A DNA stretch of 62,295 nt from a virus (taxonomy: Duplodnaviria; Caudoviricetes): positions 1-62,295 of IMG/VR virus record IMGVR_UViG_3300034093_000922; one strand, given 5' to 3'. The notes under the pieces are model-generated. The model saw only the letters and a program-made list of their open reading frames with translations, did not search any database and was not told where the DNA came from. This document shows, in pieces, positions 28,596-37,738 of this stretch. The position numbers and the translations under genes are program-made. Numbering within the stretch: the first letter of the stretch is position 1; each line of letters starts with the position of its first letter.

Positions 28596-29266
28596 ACTCC
28601 ATACCTTCCGCGAATAGCTTCAAAATTTTGTTGAATTTCTGCTGCTGATAAAGCTCTATTATAAAGTTGAGCTATTGCTAGGTTTCCAGTAAAATATCTA
28701 GTAGTAACATCATCAAGGGCAAGTTTTATATCGTCTAGAACTGTGCTAGTATGAGATACTGTATTAGTAGCAGTAGTGATTCCGCTTGCTTGGCCTAGAT
28801 AGGCTGTTGCTGCTGTGCTTGTAACAGAAACCGCAACCATACACCATGTCAAATCTGGCACAGTTAATCCACTTGCCCAAGAATAAGTATTACCAGCATC
28901 GTTCCAATGATATCCAAGTTGATTAGATGAATAAAAATTTATTCCAGTAGTATTTAATGTTCCTCTGGAAAGCAAAATACCATCATATGCGTCTTGGCTT
29001 CCGTTTCTTCTTATCCAACATACAAATGTTGCTGCCGTTACTGTGAGGGACCCTAAACACTGAACAAAATCATTAGATCCATCAAATACAATAGAACCCT
29101 TATTAGAGCTACTATAAGTCGGACCATTGGTTAGTGTCCCGTTATTTCCATTACCACTCAAATCACGCCAAGTAGTACCAGATCCAGGATACGACTTTAT
29201 ATTACCTGCATCTAGATTTAGCACAAGTCCTGATCTAACTATGCTAGTTCCATGACTTAGGCTCAT
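28592..29266 (-). CDS. LamG/ConA-like lectin domain protein 2
   Basis: Same conserved termini as neighbours. Confidence 0.8.
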   Translation of the reverse strand: MSLSHGTSIVRSGLVLNLDAGNIKSYPGSGTTWRDLSGNGNNGTLTNGPTYSSSNKGSIVFDGSNDFVQCLGSLTVTAATFVCWIRRNGSQDAYDGILLSRGTLNTTGINFYSSNQLGYHWNDAGNTYSWASGLTVPDLTWCMVAVSVTSTAATAYLGQASGITTATNTVSHTSTVLDDIKLALDDVTTRYFTGNLAIAQLYNRALSAAEIQQNFEAIRGRYGV

Positions 29267-29982
29267 ATTCCATACCTTCCACGAGTAGCTTCAAAGTTCT
29301 GACTAATCTCTAACGCAGTTAGAGCACGATTGTACTGTGTTATATTTGAAAAATTTCCATTCATATAACCCACAAAACTTGCATTTGCCGGGGCACCGCC
29401 TATATGTAGTGTTCCAGCAGTCATACTTGTTGAAATATTACCGGAAGCTAATAATACACCATTGAGATACATTTTCTGTGAAGATGCTCCGTCCCTTAGT
29501 ACAACGACATTATGCCACTGTTGAATTGGCATATTAATACCAGATACAGTACACGTTCCAGTTGCATCCCCTCCGTATCTACCCAATGTCATAGCATACG
29601 GCGGACCCGCAGTTGCCCCAGAGGTGGTCAAAGTCAATTCATAAGTACCCACTGCATTACCAGAAAAAATTATAGCGCCCTTCACACTGCCGCCATAATC
29701 ACCATTAATATTTGCACTTAGATACATCCAAACACTAATTGTAAATAAGTTAGTGCCTGATGGCAAAGGGCTTGCTGTCATATAATCATTTGAACCATCA
29801 AATACTATTGCACCGTTATTACTAGAACTGTATGTTGGCCCATTAGTTAAAGTACCGTTGTTACCAACACCGCTCAAATCACGCCAAGCAGTTCCAGACC
29901 CTGGATAAGACTTTGGGTTAGCTGCATCTAAATGCAACACTAACCCTGATCTAACTATGCTAGTATTGTATACAATTGCCAT
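29263..29982 (-). CDS. LamG/ConA-like lectin domain protein 1
   Basis: Same conserved termini as neighbours. Confidence 0.8.
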   Translation of the reverse strand: MAIVYNTSIVRSGLVLHLDAANPKSYPGSGTAWRDLSGVGNNGTLTNGPTYSSSNNGAIVFDGSNDYMTASPLPSGTNLFTISVWMYLSANINGDYGGSVKGAIIFSGNAVGTYELTLTTSGATAGPPYAMTLGRYGGDATGTCTVSGINMPIQQWHNVVVLRDGASSQKMYLNGVLLASGNISTSMTAGTLHIGGAPANASFVGYMNGNFSNITQYNRALTALEISQNFEATRGRYGI

Positions 29983-31895
29983 TACTGAATTATATATTGA
30001 GCTGAAACTGTGATCTTTTTATTCGCACTACCGCCTGTAGATACTACAGTAACAACAGAACTTCCATCTATAGCAGCAGTAAAGCCAGTAAGATCATTAT
30101 TGTTAGTACTCAACATAGCATACTCTGTAAAGTCTACTACGGTTCCGTTATGAACTATTAACATTTTAGATAACTGATACTGAGAATTGGTAACATCTTG
30201 TACTAGAAGTGTCAGATCAACACCACGATATGTAGCACCTGGGAAGGTAAAGATTGTTGTAGCACCTGTACCTACGGAAGAAGTAGCATTTGAACCTATC
30301 TGTAGCTGTGTATTAAGGATTGCACGAGGAGCAGAGATATTACCAGTAAAGGCTGTAGCACCGCTTATAATGCTAGCTACGTTGGAAGCTACTGAATCTA
30401 CGTTAGCTTTAATGGTATTAACTGACGTAGTAAGGGTTGTAACGTTACTCTGTACTGAGTTTACATTAGCAGCTATAGTGTTAACTGAAGTAGTAAGGGT
30501 TGTAACGTTACCTTGTACTGAGTTTACGTTAGCTAGTATAGTATTGGTAGATGTAGTAAGGCTTGTAACGTTTGACTGTACTGAGTTTACATTAGCGGCT
30601 ATGGTGTTAACTGACGTAGTAAGCGTTGTAACGTTACTTTGTACTGTATTAATATTAGTAACAGCTGTAGCTACGTTACTTTGTACTGAGTTTACGTTAG
30701 ATCGTATAGTATTTACAGACGTGGTAAGAGAAGTAACATTTGATTGTACTGAATCTACGTTAGCTTTAATACCGTTAACACCTGTTTGTAATAGCGCTAT
30801 ATCTACTCCATCTATTAAACCATCCGCAGTTATGTTATTGAAATGAACATTAGCATAAGCAGCTACAGTAAAGTCAGTTACAGCATTACTAGCTGCATCA
30901 TTAGTGTAAAATGAAGCAAATTCTTTTGTACTTTCGTCAAAACCTATAAACACATTACCGCTAGTACCGCGACTAATATATATACCAGTATCAAAAGTTG
31001 CAGCTGCAGCGCCATTAGAAAGAGTAATTACACGATCTTTTAATACTGTATCAGTAGTCAGTATTGTTGAGGTAGCACCGCCTACTACTAGATTACCGCT
31101 AACAGTTAAGTCGCGGTTCATAGTTATGTTACCAGTAAAAGCAGTAGTGCCATTAGTTATATTAACTACGTTACTCTGTACTGAATCTACGTTAGCCTTA
31201 ATAGTATTTACTGAAGTGGTAAGCGTTGTAACGTTACCTTGTACTGAGTTTACGTTAGCAGCTATAGTATTAACTGATGTAGTAAGCGTTGTAACGTTAG
31301 ACTGTACTGTATTGATATTAGTAACAGCCGTAGCCACGTTACTCTGTACTGAGTCTACGTTAGCCTTAATAGTATTTACTGACGTAGTTAAAGAAGTTAC
31401 ATTACCCTGCACTGAGTCTACGTTAGCTTTGATCGTATTTATAGACGTAGTAAGTGTTGTAACGTTACCTTGTACTGAGTTTACGTTAGCAGCTATAGTG
31501 TTTACAGACGTAGTAAGGCTTGTAACGTTAGACTGTACTGTATTAATATTAGTAACAGCAGTAGCCACGTTACTTTGTACTGAGTTTACATTAGATCGTA
31601 TAGTATTTACTGACGTAGTAAGCGTTGTAACATTAGATTGTACAGTATTGATGTTAGTAACAGCCGTAGCCACGTTACTTTGTACTGAATCTACGTTAGC
31701 TTTGATAGTATTTACCGAGGTGGTAAGAGAAGTAACATTTGATTGTACTGAGTTTACGATTGAAGCAAAAGCAACTGTAGATCCTCCTACAGATAAGGTA
31801 TTAGCTGTTGCATCAAAAATAAAACCACCGTTACTAGAAGTGATATTACCGCTAGCTATAATGCCGTTTTTGACTTTGAAATCTTTTTGAGTCAT
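29982..31895 (-). CDS. Long coiled-coil fibre protein with heptad-based repeats
   Basis: DFKVKNG start; repeated NV(N/D)SVQSNV(T/A)..TSVNTI; C-terminal Q..K.L..HNGT....TEY domain. Confidence 0.75.
   Translation of the reverse strand: MTQKDFKVKNGIIASGNITSSNGGFIFDATANTLSVGGSTVAFASIVNSVQSNVTSLTTSVNTIKANVDSVQSNVATAVTNINTVQSNVTTLTTSVNTIRSNVNSVQSNVATAVTNINTVQSNVTSLTTSVNTIAANVNSVQGNVTTLTTSINTIKANVDSVQGNVTSLTTSVNTIKANVDSVQSNVATAVTNINTVQSNVTTLTTSVNTIAANVNSVQGNVTTLTTSVNTIKANVDSVQSNVVNITNGTTAFTGNITMNRDLTVSGNLVVGGATSTILTTDTVLKDRVITLSNGAAAATFDTGIYISRGTSGNVFIGFDESTKEFASFYTNDAASNAVTDFTVAAYANVHFNNITADGLIDGVDIALLQTGVNGIKANVDSVQSNVTSLTTSVNTIRSNVNSVQSNVATAVTNINTVQSNVTTLTTSVNTIAANVNSVQSNVTSLTTSTNTILANVNSVQGNVTTLTTSVNTIAANVNSVQSNVTTLTTSVNTIKANVDSVASNVASIISGATAFTGNISAPRAILNTQLQIGSNATSSVGTGATTIFTFPGATYRGVDLTLLVQDVTNSQYQLSKMLIVHNGTVVDFTEYAMLSTNNNDLTGFTAAIDGSSVVTVVSTGGSANKKITVSAQYIIQ
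30380..31760 (-). repeat. Two blocks of degenerate 42/63-bp coding repeats
   Basis: Recurring tgtactgagtttacgttagc units at about 30380-30775 and 31160-31760. Confidence 0.8.
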
Positions 31896-31905
31896 TACTC
31901 ACTCC

Positions 31906-32745
31906 TTAGTTTATTGTTTTAAATACGTTAATTATATTATCTGAGCTAACTGCTGTAGCAAACAATTGTATATTGTCTCCTACTATGCTAGCTTCGTATG
32001 CAGCTATTGGATTAGTACTTGTATATATCATAGCATATTCTACTGTTTTAATGTCAGCTGTGTCTTGTACTAATAATAACTCAGAAGACTGATATTGTCC
32101 ATAAGTTAAATCTTCAACATTAATCAAAAGCTTAGCAAAATGTACATTAGCTTTAGCTTCTGAGAAAATTACAGCTCCAACAGAACTTACATTACTTATA
32201 GTAGCTCCTTGTAAAACAAATCTAGCAGTATTAAAGTAGCTTTTAGAGTTTACCTCGTTAATAGCAGATACTAAATTAGACTTATTTGCAGTAGTTAGAG
32301 TAGCTAGGTTACCTACAGAGGAGCTTAAGCTACCTACATTAGTTTGCACAGTATTTACTTGCTGCTGTGTAGCATAGTTAGTAGTTATATAAGCGTTAGT
32401 ATTAGAGATGCTACCAACTAGCACAGTATAAGTTGAGTAGTCGTTAGCAAGAGCTGAGAAGTAAGTAGCAGATACGTTAGCTTTAGTATCTAAATTAATA
32501 TTAGCTTGAGTAGCATAAGCTATAATGTTAGATTCAGCTGAGTTAACATTAGATTGCGTATTATTAATAGCAGCATTGAGTGTAGTATAAGTTATATAGT
32601 CATTAGCATCTGCATAGTTACGTAGGCTTACAATGGTAACTTTTTTAGTCGAGTCTGCGCTAACGTCGACAATAGGTAGTACATCAGTACCAGCTATGTC
32701 AACTGCGGCTAGCTCGACTAGCTCTGTAATTTTTACGTTTGCCAT
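31906..32745 (-). CDS. Fibre/structural protein
   Basis: KITEL..D.LPIVD....TKKVT; L.T..KSNLVSAINEV; YQSSELL..D..EY. Confidence 0.65.
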   Translation of the reverse strand: MANVKITELVELAAVDIAGTDVLPIVDVSADSTKKVTIVSLRNYADANDYITYTTLNAAINNTQSNVNSAESNIIAYATQANINLDTKANVSATYFSALANDYSTYTVLVGSISNTNAYITTNYATQQQVNTVQTNVGSLSSSVGNLATLTTANKSNLVSAINEVNSKSYFNTARFVLQGATISNVSSVGAVIFSEAKANVHFAKLLINVEDLTYGQYQSSELLLVQDTADIKTVEYAMIYTSTNPIAAYEASIVGDNIQLFATAVSSDNIINVFKTIN

Positions 32746-32774
32746 TAGTAAGCTCCAATAAATCTATTTTTTAT

Positions 32775-32803
32775 ATTGTGTCATTTGTGTAACACAATGT
32801 CAA
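32775..32803 (-). promoter_or_regulatory. Sigma70-type promoter
   Basis: TTGACA-17-CACAAT. Confidence 0.5.
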
Positions 32804-32881
32804 AATAGATTTTTCAATATTTGTTATTACGGTTAGAGGTTATAAAGTAGTTTTACTAATAGACTAGTCTTGTCGATGAGT

Positions 32882-33025
32882 TTAGACTACTAGGTTAAAA
32901 CCGTCTTGAGTTATAATAGCCTCTCCAAGCTGAGTTACCATGTAGTTTAAGTTATCTGGCGGAGTATTTAAATACTGCTTAATAGCGGCCATAGACAAGA
33001 CTAGCCTAGAAATACTCAACCTCAC
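32882..33025 (-). CDS. Small virion-associated protein (47 aa, not in ORF track)
   Basis: GTG start right after the upstream stop; ends ..TQLGEAIITQDGFNLVV*. Confidence 0.5.
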   Translation of the reverse strand: MRLSISRLVLSMAAIKQYLNTPPDNLNYMVTQLGEAIITQDGFNLVV

Positions 33026-33026
33026 T

Positions 33027-33368
33027 TTAGTTGCGCTCGCTTATGTATAGAGTTCCAGAAGTGGTAGCACCAATAGCTGAGATGAACTTTGATGTTTCTG
33101 ACGATATAAGCTGAGATCCAAGAGCTACGTCGTATATGAACCCTTGAGGAACAAAATGTGAGTTAGTAGTATTAGCTACAACCGTATCATTACCAACCTC
33201 AATATAGCAGTCTGCAGTAGCGTATAGAGTTATAACACGAATAGAGTCAGCAAAGCGGTTACTGAGTGAAGCGGTGCTAGCGTTGAATGTAATCTTAGAC
33301 CCACCAGCAGGACGAAGTCCTAAAACCGGAATAGGCTCGTTTGCGTCATCACGTGGTTGTTTGCTCAT
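33027..33368 (-). CDS. Hypothetical structural protein
   Basis: QPRDDAN.PIPVL..CYI..G..GTLYISE; GAGG RBS. Confidence 0.6.
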   Translation of the reverse strand: MSKQPRDDANEPIPVLGLRPAGGSKITFNASTASLSNRFADSIRVITLYATADCYIEVGNDTVVANTTNSHFVPQGFIYDVALGSQLISSETSKFISAIGATTSGTLYISERN

Positions 33369-33419
33369 TGTATATCCTCAATCTCGTGCGAAGCACGCCT
33401 CGAATTTTTTAACGTAAAG

Positions 33420-33869
33420 TTATTCAAGTAAATCACGCATCAGTCTATCGTAGTTGTTAACTTGAATTGCTACTGCAGGGCCTTTTTCTGTAGGTCTTAG
33501 CCTATCTTCAACGTCATGTAGATGTTTCATCCAATCAAGTAGATCCTTTTTCGAATATATGCCAGTCTCCATAGCTTCTTCAAGCTTTTGATCAATAACC
33601 TGGTTAATAAGGTTGATGCGCTTTACTCGATTAAGATATCCTTGCGTAGCAAACACTGAATCAACATAGTTTTTAACTTCTTTTTTATCTAGTGCGGACG
33701 TGACACGATCTGTTGATATGCCATACTCATCTGCAATAGTCTCAATGTCTTTACCGCTTAAATAATCATTAGCAATGGCCAGAATCACTGGGTCAAGCGG
33801 TGAAGTTTGAAGAGTGCGGTTTAGAGCTTCAACAGTAGTGGTCGGGCTCATAATCTCTTGTTTAGCCAT
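33420..33869 (-). CDS. Terminase small subunit (T5-type)
   Basis: HTH-like region, EVK.Y.D.VF...GY.NR..IDQKLEEA.ETG..S.KD..D..Q.NNY..LM. Confidence 0.7.
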   Translation of the reverse strand: MAKQEIMSPTTTVEALNRTLQTSPLDPVILAIANDYLSGKDIETIADEYGISTDRVTSALDKKEVKNYVDSVFATQGYLNRVKRINLINQVIDQKLEEAMETGIYSKKDLLDWMKHLHDVEDRLRPTEKGPAVAIQVNNYDRLMRDLLE

Positions 33870-33881
33870 TATATTTCCTTT

Positions 33882-34085
33882 TTATCCGTGTTCAAATCTA
33901 GAGAGAGATGCAGGAATGTTATTCTTCCAGACGCGATAAGCTGCCCAATAAGCGGATCTATCGTTAGTAGACGTAGCCAGCTGTTCGTGTATCTTTATCT
34001 GTTTAATGTAGTGAGCTAATTCATCTGCATTCATCTTATCACTGTTCCCGTTGATATACCAAGGTAGATTTGCATGCAATATCAA
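33882..34085 (-). CDS. Hypothetical protein
   Basis: Fills the operon gap. Confidence 0.5.
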   Translation of the reverse strand: MILHANLPWYINGNSDKMNADELAHYIKQIKIHEQLATSTNDRSAYWAAYRVWKNNIPASLSRFEHG

Positions 34086-34088
34086 ATC

Positions 34089-34487
34089 CTACGTCACTTC
34101 GTATGTTAGTTCGATGAGTAGATCAGCTATGCCATACGGTTCCATAACTCCTTCATCCGTTCTTATAGAGGATACTCTCATTTGAACTACGTTCAAAGTA
34201 GTGTGAGAGGCTCTAAACTGATCGACTACGTCTTCAATGCTTCTAGCTAAATCCTCAGCAGCAGTCATAGCATCTACTCCATCGTCATAAGTGTATCCAC
34301 GTAGTTGGATTAGCGTAGTAGCCCAGCGAAGGCCAGCACCAAAGTGTGTTCTAGACTCTGTGCCTGGAGTGAAACATATAGTAGGCCAGTCATTTATTTC
34401 ATCTATAGTTTTAAGGACGGACGAAGTGGTAGCGATGGTGCTAAGATCTGCTCGAAGCTGTGCAACAATATCAGTGCGACGACTCAT
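34089..34487 (-). CDS. Tail terminator-like paralog 2
   Basis: MSRRT.I..EINDWP..GTE..TDEG..PYG.A, shared with 15959..16414. Confidence 0.7.
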   Translation of the reverse strand: MSRRTDIVAQLRADLSTIATTSSVLKTIDEINDWPTICFTPGTESRTHFGAGLRWATTLIQLRGYTYDDGVDAMTAAEDLARSIEDVVDQFRASHTTLNVVQMRVSSIRTDEGVMEPYGIADLLIELTYEVT

Positions 34488-34495
34488 GATTTCTC

Positions 34496-34897
34496 CTAAT
34501 CATTATACAGTATAGCGAGGTTAAGATCTACAACTCCGTAGGGGGTGAAAAGTCCTTCATCTGTGTGCAGTTCAGTAACTTGTGCGCTTTGAATATTTAG
34601 TGCACGATGTGCAGCAGCGAACCGTTCGATCGCACGCTCAATCAGATAGCACACGCGTTCTGACTCGGCAATAGAATCATCGTCGCTCCATACATAGGCT
34701 CGCACGCTAACAAAATAGCTTTTAAGCTTAGCCCCCGCTCCGTAGTGATTGATGACGAGCTTACCGCTATGGTTCCACACGTTGATAGCTGGAAAGTCAT
34801 TAACGTCTTCAATATACGGACGAGGAGTAGCGGCTATGCCGGTCTCGCTAGTTAACCAAGCCTCCATAGCGTCTCTTATTTGGGTAGGTTTGACCAT
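34496..34897 (-). CDS. Tail terminator-like paralog 3
   Basis: EDVNDFP..VRAYV..TDEGLF.PYGV. Confidence 0.7.
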   Translation of the reverse strand: MVKPTQIRDAMEAWLTSETGIAATPRPYIEDVNDFPAINVWNHSGKLVINHYGAGAKLKSYFVSVRAYVWSDDDSIAESERVCYLIERAIERFAAAHRALNIQSAQVTELHTDEGLFTPYGVVDLNLAILYND

Positions 34898-35298
34898 ATA
34901 GCATCTACCAATCTATCACGAGTTTTGTACTTATCAACTAACGTAGACCACAGCTGCTTAGCTGCTGGTGAGGCTCGTCTTGCCTTGAAGCCATACCAGC
35001 GAATAATAAACTTAGCTACTTGACGATCTGTGACAATTAAAAAATTATCGTCCAGCCACTGCCTAGCTGATTCAATTGTTGGTAGATCGTCACATACCAC
35101 ATCGCTGTAGAACGTATCGGTAGGCTCATAGTTAGGATGGATAATAGACATTCCAGGTAAACACTGCTTACCATGTATATCAATAGGAATACCTGAATCA
35201 TCGTATGCACAGGGTGGTAGGCCTGGCCAAAAGTAGTTTCCTGACTCATCCTCGTCAGAGGAGCAGTTCCATACCAAGGGGCCATATCTGTATTTCAT
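34876..35298 (-). CDS. Hypothetical protein
   Basis: GAGGA RBS before MKYRYG. Confidence 0.55.
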   Translation of the reverse strand: MKYRYGPLVWNCSSDEDESGNYFWPGLPPCAYDDSGIPIDIHGKQCLPGMSIIHPNYEPTDTFYSDVVCDDLPTIESARQWLDDNFLIVTDRQVAKFIIRWYGFKARRASPAAKQLWSTLVDKYKTRDRLVDAIWSNLPK

Positions 35299-35357
35299 AT
35301 TTTTCCTCATAAATAATTTTTGAATTTTATTCAAAAGCGTGATTAAAACTTAAGTCT

Positions 35358-35386
35358 AGTATAGAGTTCCTTTTAAAGGGTGTCAA
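35358..35386 (-). promoter_or_regulatory. Sigma70-type promoter at head of late operon
   Basis: TTGACA-17-TATACT. Confidence 0.7.
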
Positions 35387-35484
35387 GATTTCTCCTCAGA
35401 ATTTGCAAATTTACCTGATATAGGCCGTGAACAGGTGCGCTGTGATATTTTTGCAACACTAGTCGTCTTAACCGCCCCACCCCC

Positions 35485-35520
35485 GCGCAAGATTATTGCG
35501 CGCAAGATTATTGCGCGCAA
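35485..35520. repeat. 15-bp tandem repeat GCGCAAGATTATTGC x2.4
   Basis: Read directly; junctions form the TTGCGCGCAA palindrome. Confidence 0.9.
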
Positions 35521-35537
35521 CCTGTAGGGGTCACCCC

Positions 35538-35852
35538 TCAGAGGGGGCGATATCCTTTCGATATTTTCACAGCGCCAAGATATTTTGCCCAACGGGCGCG
35601 GCGGCTTTGGATCATTGCAGGGCTTTCGGTATATTCTGCAAAGGCAAGGAAGGTAACCGATACCGCGCCTTGCTTGCGGTTGCAATTGCCGCAAAGGCGA
35701 ACAAAATTTTCTGCTACCATAGCGCCGCCCTTAGACTCTGCAACGATATGGCCGCACTCGTCAGCATCCCAAGTGCCGCAAGCGGCGCAGCAGGTATGGC
35801 GGGCGAAAACCGCGTTACGGATGGCAGCGGGGATGCGGGCTTTTTTGGTCAT
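35538..35852 (-). CDS. Small HNH endonuclease
   Basis: R.IP..IR..VF..CAACG..GHIV.ES.GG..N...LC..CN..; AGGAGA RBS. Confidence 0.8.
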   Translation of the reverse strand: MTKKARIPAAIRNAVFARHTCCAACGTWDADECGHIVAESKGGAMVAENFVRLCGNCNRKQGAVSVTFLAFAEYTESPAMIQSRRARWAKYLGAVKISKGYRPL

Positions 35853-35959
35853 GGCGTTCTCCTATGGGCTTGCTTGCCCTATGACTAACATTCGCACGAA
35901 TCGCGGTAGGGGTCAAGCGATAAATGCAAATAAATCGCATTATTTTTCACTTTTTTTTC

Positions 35960-36082
35960 GTTCACGTTTTGTTCCTGATTCGTTCACGTTTTGTTCTACG
36001 TTCACGATTCGTTCCCGTTTTGTTCACGTTTTGTTCCTGATTCGTTCTGCATAGGGGAACAAACAGGGAACAAAGGATGAAC
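35960..36082. promoter_or_regulatory. Array of GTTC-N7-GTTC / GAAC-N7-GAAC boxes (alphaproteobacterial LexA consensus)
   Basis: 12 half-sites at 11-bp period giving 9 overlapping boxes. Confidence 0.75.
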
Positions 36083-36218
36083 GTAATATTATTGCGCAGA
36101 ATGATCAATCTTCGCAATAAAATTATGCATTATGTTGTGGTGCGTCACGGCGTGGCGTGCTATAAATATTACATAGGGAAGGCAAGACGCCAAGCCCATC
36201 GCCTGAAAGGCTACTACC

Positions 36219-36458
36219 ATGACCAACTTTGCAACCCACTATATCGTTCGCCAAACCGAAAAAGCTATCGGTGTTGTAACCCTGCCCGCTATGGGTGCGA
36301 AAAAGCTGTTGTGGGTTCCACGCGCTAAGATTGAGTCGATGAACGAAATTGATACCTATTCGCCTTTGTTCGAAATTGCAGGCGAAAAATTTCGCCGTCA
36401 ATCTATCCCTGTAAATCTGCAAGTGAATGCAGAATGGCTTGCAAAGGTGCAAGCCTAA
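36219..36458 (+). CDS. Hypothetical pre-early protein
   Basis: QTEKAI..LWVP..I motif; upstream TG-c-TATAAA. Confidence 0.65.
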   Translation: MTNFATHYIVRQTEKAIGVVTLPAMGAKKLLWVPRAKIESMNEIDTYSPLFEIAGEKFRRQSIPVNLQVNAEWLAKVQA

Positions 36459-36517
36459 CGCCTAGGGGCTGGATCCTGCTAGTTATAGTTTGAAATGCAA
36501 AACCGAAAGAGAAAAAA

Positions 36518-36724
36518 ATGAAACAAAGTGAAGCGACCGCCCTTGCCAATGCAATGTTTGCCCAATGGGATTTGTTAGATTTCGAACATCGTTGCATAAA
36601 CGCCAAACAGTTTTGTGACTCGTTTGCAGAAATTCAAGATCTGCTATCTGCTAGTCAATATCTTAAGGTGCAGTCGTTTTATGACGATGCGCTGGAATAC
36701 TATCTGCCCAAGCTTTGGGCTTAA
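36518..36724 (+). CDS. Hypothetical pre-early protein
   Basis: ORF with purine-rich leader. Confidence 0.55.
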   Translation: MKQSEATALANAMFAQWDLLDFEHRCINAKQFCDSFAEIQDLLSASQYLKVQSFYDDALEYYLPKLWA

Positions 36725-36977
36725 AATAGGAGGACCTAATGCTTATAATAGTTGTAATCTTTATAGCATATCTAGCGGTTCTTTTCTTTGTTGACCCGTT
36801 TAACTAATAACATCCTCAAATAAGGAATGACTAAAATGATGTGGGTAATTGGTATCGTAATATGTGGTGCTATTATTTGGGCTGTGCCTCGGTGATAGAA
36901 AACCCTTTGTAATCAATAGGTTAGGAGGGGTCGCGCCTCGGTAGCTAACTCATTGATATTGCAGGCAAACATAGTGC

Positions 36978-37006
36978 TTGCAACGCACAACTAATCGGGT
37001 TATAAA
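36978..37006 (+). promoter_or_regulatory. Pre-early sigma70 promoter (type example; others at 37294, 37684, 38801, 39294, 40563, 41159, 41738, 42101, 42784, 43791, 44314, 45830)
   Basis: TTG(C/A)NN-17/18-TA(T)NNN, usually TATAAA, then GA/AATCAT and a strong SD. Confidence 0.75.
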
Positions 37007-37033
37007 GATTGTAACGAAGCACAGGAGAATACA

Positions 37034-37297
37034 ATGCACATCGAAGATCTTACCGCTGAGATTGAATGCACATTCCGCGAAATTCCTTTGGAATATATTC
37101 CTGCACGTATCGCAGAGCTTGAAGGGTTTCGTAACTGTTATGCAAAGCAAATCACGCGCTATCGTGAAAGACTAGCAGCAGGAAAAAAGATAGCTCGTCA
37201 TGAATTGCGTTGTCTGCGTCTAAACCCATTGTCTATTCGTCGCTTGAATCTTATCATTCGTGCGCTGCGCGAAGGATATGCGTATAGAACAGCTTGA
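37034..37297 (+). CDS. Hypothetical basic protein
   Basis: AGGAG RBS, own promoter. Confidence 0.65.
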   Translation: MHIEDLTAEIECTFREIPLEYIPARIAELEGFRNCYAKQITRYRERLAAGKKIARHELRCLRLNPLSIRRLNLIIRALREGYAYRTA

Positions 37298-37349
37298 CAC
37301 GCCAAGCTAATCGGGTTATAAAGAATCATAGCAAAACAAGGAGAGACTA

Positions 37350-37532
37350 ATGCAAAACTATGACGCCGTTCAATTCGCCTCTATCCAGCGCAGCCATGCA
37401 TATCTGCGCAAAAAAGAGTATAAGGCCCGTGTTGACCGCGATAATCGGCACGATCTTATTCTGACTCTTCTTGTGCTTGCTATGGTTGCCCTGTCAGTTA
37501 TCGGCTTGGTTGCCTCTGTCCTCAATCTATAA
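37350..37532 (+). CDS. Small membrane protein
   Basis: AAGGAG RBS; C-terminal TM helix. Confidence 0.65.
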   Translation: MQNYDAVQFASIQRSHAYLRKKEYKARVDRDNRHDLILTLLVLAMVALSVIGLVASVLNL

Positions 37533-37738
37533 AGAAACAGGGTGTGACATATTTGTCACACCTAGCGCCAGCTGGAACAAACAGTGAACAGGATGGGCCC
37601 TGAAATATCGTGTGTTATCATACACTTAGCGCGTGAAGCGCCCCGCCTTCCAAGCTATTGATATCATTGAATAAACTTAGCTATTGCATCTAGGTTAAAC
37701 TTGGGCTATTGTAAATCATCAGGTAAGGAAAAAAGACC

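Noticed and set aside
25653-29982. Diversity-generating retroelement (MTD-like N-terminus, paralogous lectin ends)
   Set aside because: No reverse transcriptase in the window, and I saw no TR/VR pair differing only at adenines.
3236-31890. Plus-strand ORFs in the late region (e.g. 30187..30846, 31126..31890, 16854..17252)
   Set aside because: Antisense shadows of repetitive or biased genuine genes; no RBS or motifs.
1-35300. Stop-codon reassignment suggested by abundant TAG/CTAG
   Set aside because: All core genes are intact in the standard code. The TAGs are mostly on the non-coding strand or out of frame.
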